This document shows, in pieces, positions 9,207 through 16,202 of a stretch of 40,739 bases of DNA. The stretch is from Planctomycetota bacterium (GTDB taxonomy: Bacteria; Planctomycetota; B15-G4; SIAN01), in NCBI GenBank assembly GCA_031409275.1, contig JANNXA010000019.1, positions 1 through 40,739 of the forward strand, written 5' to 3'. Both the position numbers and the translations under genes were made by a program. The notes under the pieces are model-generated. The model was not told the DNA's origin and made no database searches. It saw nothing but the letters and a program-made list of their open reading frames with translations. Each line of letters opens with the position of its first letter. Position 1 is the first letter of the stretch.

Positions 9207-11309
9207 ATGCAAACTGCCACCTTCCGTACGCTCGAGCACGACCTCCTCCACTCCGCGGCGCGGGCGCTCGGCCGCGAGGACCCGAGCGGGCTGCGCGTCA
9301 GCGAGGCGCTGTCGAGCGCCGCGGGCGACCTCGCGGTCGGTTGCCACGGCCTCGCCAAGGAGCTGAAGAGCGATCCGCAGACGCTCGCCGCGAAGATCGC
9401 GGCCGCGCTCGCCGGCGACGCGCGCTACCTCGCCGCCCATGCCGAGAACGGCTACTGCAACGTCCGCTTCGTGCGGCCGCTGCTGTTCGCCGCGGTGGCG
9501 GGCGAAGTGGTGCGCGAAGGCGAGCGCTTCGGCCGCGACGGCGACGACACGCCCGCCAAGTGGCTGATCGAGTACTCCGGTCCCAACACCAACAAGCCGC
9601 TGCACATCGGCCACCTGCGCAACACGATCCTCGGCTTCGCGATGAGCAACGCCGCGCGCCTCCATGGCCACGACGTCACGCGCTACAACATCGTGAACGA
9701 CCGCGGCATCCACATCTGCAAGTCGATGGTCGCCTACACGCGCTTCGCCGCCGGCAGCTCGCCCGAAACGACCGGCGAGAAGGGCGACCACCTCGTCGGC
9801 CGGCTCTACTCGCTGTTCGCCAACAAGGCGACCGAGGAGTTCCAGGCGTGGGCCGCGGGCCCGGGCGCCGTCGAGATCGACGCCTACCTCGCGACGAACC
9901 GCGCCTCGATCGAGGCGGGCGCCGACCTCAACCTGCGCAAGCGCTTCCTGCAGGATCAGGAGAAAGCGGGTCGCAAGCTCGACTTCAAGCCCGGCAAGAC
10001 GAAGCCGCAGTTCTTCCCCGAGAAGATGGCGGCCGACGTCGCCCTCGAACGCGACTACCTCGCCTGGCTCGCGGCACGGCCCGACGAGGTGGCGACCGCG
10101 CGGCGCGCCGATGGCCTGAAGCGCGCGCAGGCGGCGGTGGCGCGGCGCTTCGAGGCCGAGGTATCGCAACTGCACGCGCAGACGCGCGACTTCCTGCGGC
10201 GCTGGGAAGCCAACGACCCGGAGATCCGCGCGCTGTGGCGGCGCATGAACGACTGGGTGCTGGCGGGGATCGAGAAGACCTACGTGCGGCTCGGCGTCTC
10301 CTTCGATCACGTCGACTACGAGTCGGAGGTCTACCTCGCGGGCAAGGAGATCGTGGGCGACCTCCTCGCGAGCGGCGTGGCGCGCAAGAACGACGCGGGC
10401 GCCGTGATCTTCGAGCAACCGGGCAAGACGCCGAGCGATCCGCCGCAGGAGAAGGTGCTGCTGCGTGGTGACGGGACGAGCGTCTACATCACGCAGGACC
10501 TCGGCTCGCTGATGCGTCGCTACCGGCGCCACGAGCCGGCGCAGATGGTCTACGTGGTCGGCTCCGAACAGGAGCTGCACTTCGAGACGCTCTTCGTGCT
10601 GATCGATCGGCTGCTGCCCGGTTTCGGCGCGCGCTGCCACCATCTGTCGTACGGCATGGTCGAGCTGCCGCACGGCAAGATGAAGTCACGCGAGGGCGAG
10701 ATCATCGAAGCGGACGGTTTCCTCGACACGGTCGAGGAGGCCGCCGCCGCGCAGGTGCGGGAGCGGTCGCCCGAACTCCCCGAAGCCGAAGTGAAGCGAC
10801 GCGGCTCGCGCATCGGGCTCGCCGCGGTGAAGTACCACCTGCTCAAGTTCAGCAAGCGCTCCACCGTGAAGTTCGACGTCGACGAAGCGCTCGACATGAA
10901 CGGCCGGACCGGGCCCTACTGCCTCTACTCGCTGGCGCGCATCCGCTCGATCCTGCGCAAGGTCGAGGCCGCCGGCATGGCGACCGCGCTCGATCTCGGA
11001 GTCGACGCCACGCGGCTGGCGCCGGCCGAAGCGGCGCTGCTGCTCGCCGTCGCCAAGTTCCCGGAAACGGTGACCGCCTCGGTGCGCGACCTCGATCCCT
11101 ACCACGTCGCCGACTACGTCTACCGCCTCGGCAAGGAGCTCAACTCCTGGTACACGGCGAGCGGCGAGGACGGCAAGCCGCTCCACCCGGTGCTGCACTG
11201 CACCGATCCGGCCACGCGCGCGCTGCGACTCACGCTGCTGCGGCTGGTCGAGTCGGCGCTGGAGCGGGCGCTGACGGTGCTGGGGATTGGGACGCTGGAA
11301 GAAATGTAG
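9207..11309 (+). CDS. argS: Arginine--tRNA ligase (700 aa, with an internal insertion)
   Basis: IEYSGPNTNKPLHIGHLRN (HIGH motif), KMKSREG, YVVGSEQELHF, GRTGPYCLYSLARIRSIL and C-terminal LGIGTLEEM. The ORF-track start (8760) overlaps the divergent gene, so ATG 9207 is preferred. Confidence 0.97.
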   Translation: MQTATFRTLEHDLLHSAARALGREDPSGLRVSEALSSAAGDLAVGCHGLAKELKSDPQTLAAKIAAALAGDARYLAAHAENGYCNVRFVRPLLFAAVAGEVVREGERFGRDGDDTPAKWLIEYSGPNTNKPLHIGHLRNTILGFAMSNAARLHGHDVTRYNIVNDRGIHICKSMVAYTRFAAGSSPETTGEKGDHLVGRLYSLFANKATEEFQAWAAGPGAVEIDAYLATNRASIEAGADLNLRKRFLQDQEKAGRKLDFKPGKTKPQFFPEKMAADVALERDYLAWLAARPDEVATARRADGLKRAQAAVARRFEAEVSQLHAQTRDFLRRWEANDPEIRALWRRMNDWVLAGIEKTYVRLGVSFDHVDYESEVYLAGKEIVGDLLASGVARKNDAGAVIFEQPGKTPSDPPQEKVLLRGDGTSVYITQDLGSLMRRYRRHEPAQMVYVVGSEQELHFETLFVLIDRLLPGFGARCHHLSYGMVELPHGKMKSREGEIIEADGFLDTVEEAAAAQVRERSPELPEAEVKRRGSRIGLAAVKYHLLKFSKRSTVKFDVDEALDMNGRTGPYCLYSLARIRSILRKVEAAGMATALDLGVDATRLAPAEAALLLAVAKFPETVTASVRDLDPYHVADYVYRLGKELNSWYTASGEDGKPLHPVLHCTDPATRALRLTLLRLVESALERALTVLGIGTLEEM

Positions 11310-11389
11310 GCGTTGCAGCTGACAACGGCGCCGCGAGAGGGAGTCGACCGACGAGCGGCGTGAGCCCGGCGCCGTTGCAGCTGAACGCC
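11309..11389. repeat. Imperfect inverted repeat directly after the argS stop
   Basis: GGCGTTGCAGCTGACAACGGCGCCG (11309-11333) is the reverse complement of CGGCGCCGTTGCAGCTGAACGCC (11367-11389) apart from two single-base gaps. Confidence 0.7.
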
Positions 11390-11430
11390 CGCGCCGGCGA
11401 GACCGCGCGGTGCGCGGCTCGCCTCTCGGG

Positions 11431-11484
11431 GCTTGCTGCTGACGAACGGCTGCGGCGGAGCGCCGCAGCGTTCGCAGCAGAAGC
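11431..11484. repeat. Long GC-rich hairpin between convergent genes (possible terminator or REP-like unit)
   Basis: GCTTGCTGCTGACGAACGGCTGCGGCG-GAG-CGCCGCAGCGTTCGCAGCAGAAGC folds into a nearly continuous stem. Confidence 0.65.
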
Positions 11485-11511
11485 CCAGCATGGGGCGGCG
11501 AGCGGCGAGCG

Positions 11512-11702
11512 GCGAGCGGCTGGGAGTACCCAGCACTCGATGAAAGGTGGCGAAGCGAGCGGCTGGGGGTACCCAGCGCTCGATGCGAGCGGAAGGGACG
11601 CTGCGCGCGATGAGGGCGAGCGGCGGTTGGGGCGAGCGGCTGGGGGTACCCAGCGCTCGATGAAAGGTGGCGGGGCGAGCGGCTGGGGGTACCCAGCGCT
11701 CG
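11512..11702. repeat. REP/BIME-like cluster: four 28-nt palindromic units arranged as a doublet duplicated at a 120-bp period
   Basis: GCGAGCGGCTGGG(G/A)GTACCCAGC(G/A)CTCG at 11512, 11555, 11632 and 11675. Linkers are 15, 49 and 15 nt, and both 15-nt linkers start ATGAAAGGTGGCG. Confidence 0.8.
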
Positions 11703-11757
11703 GCGACGGGGGGCGAGAACGCGGCGAAGCTGGGCGACGATCACCGCGGGCTCGGGC

Positions 11758-12594
11758 TCAACCGCCGCCGGGCTTCGGAGCGGGGCCGGCTCGCACGTTC
11801 GAGGTGGCGATCGAGGCCTTCTCGACCCCATCACGCCACGGCTCGTCCTTCGAGTCGCGGTACCACACGTCCCACTCCTTCGCGGTGCCGCGATCGATGC
11901 CGCCGGTGAGGCGCGCGAGCGAGGTACGGAAACTCGGCGCAACGGCGATCCGGAACTCGAGGTCGCCCATCGCCGGATCCTTCGCGCCCGACGTGCCGGC
12001 CGACGTGACCGTCATCCCCGACGCCGAGTAGGCGCGCACCAAGCTGCCGGCCAGGCGCTTGCGCAGCGCCTCCTTCTCCCCGAAGAACTCGCCGAGCGCG
12101 CTCGCGGCCGACTTCACCACCTCGACCCGATCGTCGATCAGGTAGCGCTCGAAGCGATCGATCAGCTTCGGGTCACGATGGACAGCCAGCGCCGACAGAG
12201 CCGCCGCCAACGACGCCTCGGCCTCCTCGATCGGCTTCAGCTTGATCGCCCGCAGCGCGAGCCGCTGGCCATCGCCCGCGATCCGGCCGACGGCGCCGAC
12301 GATCTTCGCCTGCAGCTCGATCGGCGCGCGCGGGGCCTTCAGCACCCGCTCGAGCGCGTCGACGAGCGCCTTGCTCTCCTCCCGCAGCGGCTTCGCGACC
12401 AGGTCGGCAGGCGGCGGCGTCGAGGAGAGTTCGGCCTCGATCGCGCCGAGGCGGGCGGCGAGCGCCGCCACCTTCGGCTTCGCGTCGTCGTACCGCTGCT
12501 CCTTCACCGCGGCGGAGAAGTCGGCGAGGTCGCCGGCAGGGTCGCCGCGGCCGAGCACGAGGACGCATCCGATCACGAGCGCGAGGGGGCCCAT
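11758..12594 (-). CDS. Secreted helical/HEAT-like hypothetical protein
   Basis: ORF 11758..12651; likely start ATG 12594 (GGAG 6 nt upstream). Signal-like MGPLALVIGCVLVLG and HEAT-like LIDDRVEVVKSAASALG. Confidence 0.7.
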   Translation of the reverse strand: MGPLALVIGCVLVLGRGDPAGDLADFSAAVKEQRYDDAKPKVAALAARLGAIEAELSSTPPPADLVAKPLREESKALVDALERVLKAPRAPIELQAKIVGAVGRIAGDGQRLALRAIKLKPIEEAEASLAAALSALAVHRDPKLIDRFERYLIDDRVEVVKSAASALGEFFGEKEALRKRLAGSLVRAYSASGMTVTSAGTSGAKDPAMGDLEFRIAVAPSFRTSLARLTGGIDRGTAKEWDVWYRDSKDEPWRDGVEKASIATSNVRAGPAPKPGGG

Positions 12595-12724
12595 CGACAT
12601 CTCCGTTCGGGGCAGGCGAGACGGGTGCTTCGAACACGGACGGCGGATCATGCGCCGAGCGGCCGAGTGTCGCCAGCGTCGCGGCGAAGCGACTCTTGGC
12701 CTCCCGATGGCTCGAGCGGTCGGG

Positions 12725-13426
12725 CTACGGAATCGGGGTGAGTTCGACCTTTCGGAAGTCGATCGGGCTGCCTTCGGACTGCAGGCAGATGAACCCCTCG
12801 TTGGGGGTGCACTCGCGGCCGATGTTCATCAGCTCACCGTTGACGGTGAGGATCACGGTGCCGTCGATGCAGGTGATCTCGTAGCGGTTCCACTCGCCGG
12901 GCTTGTTCTCGGCCTTCTTCAGCGCGAAGACGTTGATGTCGGCGCCGGGATTGCGGCGCGCGTCATCGACCTTCGCGGTCGCGCCGTCGATCAGCCAGAA
13001 GTCGCCGGCGTTGCCGCTCTGCAACTGCGCCTCGATGCTCTTCGGCCACACGCGGTCTTCGCCTTGCATGTGCAGCAGGACGCCGCTGTTGGTCGGATTC
13101 GCGGGCCAACGCCACTCGACCACGAGGAAGTAGTTCTTGAACGACTTCTCGGTCCGGAGATATCCAGCGGGCTGTCCGGTGCAGTGGATCACGCCGTCGC
13201 TGATCGACCAAGTCTTCGCGGGATCGGCGCCCTTGTCGGCGAGCACCTGCTTCCAGCCGGTCAGGTCCTTGCCGTTGAAGAGGGCGAGCTTGGTGTCGGC
13301 GATCGACGCCACGGTCGGCGCGACGGGATCGGCGGCGGGACGCGACGAAGCCCACAGGCCGGCGGAGCTGGCGAACGCGGCGGTGAATGTGACGACGAGC
13401 GAGACGGCGGCGGTGCAGCGGATCAT
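12725..13426 (-). CDS. DUF1080 (3-keto-disaccharide hydrolase-like) secreted protein
   Basis: LFNGKDLTGW, NSGVLLH, IEAQL, GEWNRYEI, GFICLQSEG..FRKV motifs and a signal peptide. Confidence 0.92.
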   Translation of the reverse strand: MIRCTAAVSLVVTFTAAFASSAGLWASSRPAADPVAPTVASIADTKLALFNGKDLTGWKQVLADKGADPAKTWSISDGVIHCTGQPAGYLRTEKSFKNYFLVVEWRWPANPTNSGVLLHMQGEDRVWPKSIEAQLQSGNAGDFWLIDGATAKVDDARRNPGADINVFALKKAENKPGEWNRYEITCIDGTVILTVNGELMNIGRECTPNEGFICLQSEGSPIDFRKVELTPIP

Positions 13427-13495
13427 CGGGCGGCTCCGGCGGGAAGGGGAAGTCGCATGTTGACGCCGCCGCGCGCAAGTCGCAACGGCCGCGGT

Positions 13496-14269
13496 TCAGC
13501 GTGCGGCGCGACTGGCCCGACGCGCCGCGCGGCCCGCGAGACCTCGCAGCAGCGCGGTGGCGCACGCGGCGTAGCGGTGCGGATCGTCGGCGACGGGTGG
13601 CGCTTGCGCAGCGCGATCGAGCGCTCGGGCCACGGCGGGCGCCAGTGCGACCCAGAAGCTGCGCAGCTTGCGATGGAGACGGGCGGTCTGCAGGCCGCGA
13701 GCGGACTGCGCGGCGGTGAAGCGCCATCCCGACCGCCATTCCGTCGCGAGCCGGAACGCCGCACGCGCGGCAGAGCGGTCGAGGTCGCGCTCGTCGGCTG
13801 CCGGCAGGCCTTCGTTGCTGGCCGCGACCGCGCGGGCGAAGAGGCCGCCGCGACGATCGCACGACGGCGACTTCGCCTTCCAGACGTAACCGTCGAGCGG
13901 CGCGAGCGCGAGCAGTCGCTCCTGGGTGAAGCGTTCGAACGCGGCGCCGTGGTCGCGACCGCTGTCGCGCTCGATCAGCCGTGCCGCGCCGTCGTCGCCG
14001 CGCCCCACGACCAGCGGCGGGCGCGGGACGGGCAGCCCCATCCCCACTTCGGGGCAGGTGGCCACCACCTCGGCCCAGCTCGAGAGATCGGCGACCAGTG
14101 AACCGGCGAGCTTGTGGCCGCCATCCCAACGCACGCGCTCGCCCAGCAGGCAACTGCTGACGCCGACGCGGGGACGCCGTGCCGGCGGCAGCCAGAGCAG
14201 GTCGCGCAGCTCGATGACATTTCGCTCGAAGCGTTGCGCAATCGCCGCATCGGTGGCCTCACGCGCCAT
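13496..14269 (-). CDS. DUF523 (2-thiouracil desulfurase/YbbK-like) protein with a degenerate C-terminal extension
   Basis: VGVSSCLLGERVRWDGGHK, CPEVGMGLPVPRPP and KAKSPSC carry the three Fe-S cysteines of DUF523. Start uncertain (14269 or 14284). Confidence 0.82.
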   Translation of the reverse strand: MAREATDAAIAQRFERNVIELRDLLWLPPARRPRVGVSSCLLGERVRWDGGHKLAGSLVADLSSWAEVVATCPEVGMGLPVPRPPLVVGRGDDGAARLIERDSGRDHGAAFERFTQERLLALAPLDGYVWKAKSPSCDRRGGLFARAVAASNEGLPAADERDLDRSAARAAFRLATEWRSGWRFTAAQSARGLQTARLHRKLRSFWVALAPAVARALDRAAQAPPVADDPHRYAACATALLRGLAGRAARRASRAAR

Positions 14270-14289
14270 CGCTCGCTCCCGCAACGAAG

Positions 14290-14318
14290 GCGGGGAGGCG
14301 GTGACTCCGCCTCCCCGC
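14290..14318. terminator. Perfect 12-bp GC stem-loop between the PuuD-like and DUF523 genes (possible terminator)
   Basis: GCGGGGAGGCGG-TGACT-CCGCCTCCCCGC. The flanking U-tract is short, so termination function is uncertain. Confidence 0.5.
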
Positions 14319-14371
14319 TTGCGAATCGAACGGACCCAAGCCGGACCCCCGCCGATCGAGGCGTGCGAGCC

Positions 14372-15001
14372 TCAGATCGTCGTTCCGACCTTGGGCGCCA
14401 GGCGCAGCAGCACGTGGATGATCGCCAGCGCGATCAGCATGGTGATGGCGATCGAGGCGCCGGTGAACGGGATGGCGTTGTTGGCCGCGACCATCCCGAC
14501 CAGCATCGGGCCCGACAGGATGAAGTTGATGCGCGAGAAGAGCTTCGCCTTCTCCGGCAGCCCTTCGGGCGGCTTCTGGCCTTCCTTGGTCGCGCGGATG
14601 ATCGTGCGCTGCGCCGGCCAGATGATGGCCCAGACGTTGAAGGCCATGACCAGGCCAAGCGTCATGCCGAGCATGATCCACATGGCGCGCGCCGAGAGGC
14701 CGCCGTCCAGATCGCGCATGTTCGCGCCGCGCATGTACTTCCAATAGAAGAGGATCAGCCCGAACAGCACGGTGTAGGCGGCGCTCCAGCGGAACCACCA
14801 GAGCGCGCGCGGCAGGAGCTCGGGGTTGACCGCCTTCTTGGTCGGGCCGTCGAGCTTGCCCTGCGTGGGCATGTTGATGAGGTTGAAGAAGTAGAGCAGG
14901 CCGATCCAGGTGACGCCCGCGAGGATGTGGAACCAGCGAAGCATCCCGCCGACCAGAGCGTCGGTTTCGAACTCGGACAAGAGCAACGGCAGAGAGGTCA
15001 A
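14372..15001 (-). CDS. Urate hydroxylase PuuD-family (Urate_ox_N) membrane protein, without the cytochrome c domain
   Basis: RWFHILAGVTWIGLLYFFN, ALWWFRWSA, MAFNVWAIIWPAQ, SRINFILSGPM. Likely TTG start at 15001 after GAAGGAG. No CxxCH. Confidence 0.82.
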   Translation of the reverse strand: MTSLPLLLSEFETDALVGGMLRWFHILAGVTWIGLLYFFNLINMPTQGKLDGPTKKAVNPELLPRALWWFRWSAAYTVLFGLILFYWKYMRGANMRDLDGGLSARAMWIMLGMTLGLVMAFNVWAIIWPAQRTIIRATKEGQKPPEGLPEKAKLFSRINFILSGPMLVGMVAANNAIPFTGASIAITMLIALAIIHVLLRLAPKVGTTI

Positions 15002-15173
15002 GTTTCGATCTCCTTCGAAGTGGAGGGGATCGCCAAGCCGAGCCGGCCGGCGTCGGCGCCGGTCGGTCAGGAAGCGAAAGGGAACGGGGATCATTTCCCT
15101 GGCATGGCGCCGAGTCAACGGACGCGGCGGGTAAGGTCTCCGCCCGCGACCCCTTCTCGGAGCGATTCCTGCC

Positions 15174-15656
15174 GTGGCCCGCTACTGGCTCTTCAAGTCG
15201 GAACCGACCTCGTTCTCGATCGACGATCTCGCTCGCGCGCCGAGGCAGACGACGACCTGGGATGGGATCCGCAGCAGCGAGGGGCGCAACTCGCTGCGCG
15301 ATGTCGTCGCCGTCGGTGATCGCGTCTTCTTCTATCACTCGAACGCCAACCCCTCCGCCGTGGTCGGGATCGTCGAAGTCGTGCGCGCGGCCTACCCCGA
15401 CTCGACCGCGTTCGATCGCCACCACGAACACTTCGACCCGAAGAGCGATCCCGCGAAGCCGACCTGGTACATGGTCGACGTGAAGCTCGTCGAGATGCTC
15501 GCCCAACCGGTCGCACTCGATGCCATCAAGGCGGAGCCGTCGCTCGCCGCGATGGCGCTGGTGAAACGGGGCCGACTCAGCGTGACGCCAGTGACGCCGG
15601 CGGAGTGGAAGAAGGTCCTCGAGCTCGCGCGCCGACCCGCGCGCGCCAGCCGCTGA
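15174..15656 (+). CDS. EVE domain protein
   Basis: YWLFKSEPTSFSIDDL, WDGIR, GDRVFFYHS, FDPKS..WYMVDV, RLSVTPV..EW. Confidence 0.93.
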   Translation: MARYWLFKSEPTSFSIDDLARAPRQTTTWDGIRSSEGRNSLRDVVAVGDRVFFYHSNANPSAVVGIVEVVRAAYPDSTAFDRHHEHFDPKSDPAKPTWYMVDVKLVEMLAQPVALDAIKAEPSLAAMALVKRGRLSVTPVTPAEWKKVLELARRPARASR

Positions 15657-15670
15657 CGGAGCCACGCCTC

Positions 15671-16090
15671 ATGGGCGGCAAGAATCCCTACCTCAAACCG
15701 ACCGAGTTCACGCTGCCCACGCAGCGGTACCGCGTCCGTTTCGTCCACGGCAGCGAGTCGAAGGTCGTCGAGGTCGATCCCGCCGCGCTCCCCTACGGCC
15801 GCGATGGGCTGCCGGGCAGTCTCCTCGACATCGCGCTCTCGCACGGAGTCGACATCGACCACGCGTGCGGCGGCGTGCTCGCCTGCTCGACCTGCCACGT
15901 CAAGGTGAAGCAGGGCGCCACGAGCTGCAACCCCGCCTCCGATCCCGAGAACGACATGCTCGACCTCGCGCCGGGCGTGACGCCGACCTCTCGTCTGGCG
16001 TGCCAGTGCGTTCCCGATGGCACCGCGGCAGAACTCGTGGTCGAGGTGCCCTCGTGGAATCGCAATCTCGTTCGCGAAGAGCATCACTGA
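15671..16090 (+). CDS. fdx: 2Fe-2S ferredoxin, ISC/adrenodoxin type
   Basis: HACGGVLACSTCHV and SRLACQC. ATG 15671 lies 14 nt after the EVE stop. Confidence 0.9.
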   Translation: MGGKNPYLKPTEFTLPTQRYRVRFVHGSESKVVEVDPAALPYGRDGLPGSLLDIALSHGVDIDHACGGVLACSTCHVKVKQGATSCNPASDPENDMLDLAPGVTPTSRLACQCVPDGTAAELVVEVPSWNRNLVREEHH

Positions 16091-16202
16091 GCCACTGCGC
16101 TCCGCTCACCGGAAATCGCTTCCCGTCGCCGCACCAGAGCCGCCGACGCCGTGAGGTCGAAGAAGAGGTGCCTGCCTCTCGCCTCACCGGGACGTCGCTC
16201 CA

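Noticed and set aside
11512..11702. CRISPR array (28-nt palindromic direct repeats)
   Set aside because: Spacers are 15, 49 and 15 nt, two are nearly identical, and no cas genes are present. The pattern fits a duplicated REP-like doublet.
11360..12031. 223-aa + strand ORF with repeated ASGWGYPAL
   Set aside because: The repeats are translations of the palindromic DNA units, and the ORF overlaps the convergent gene in antisense.
15174..15656. EVE as part of a modification-dependent restriction/defence system
   Set aside because: It is a stand-alone EVE domain with no fused or adjacent nuclease, ATPase or toxin.
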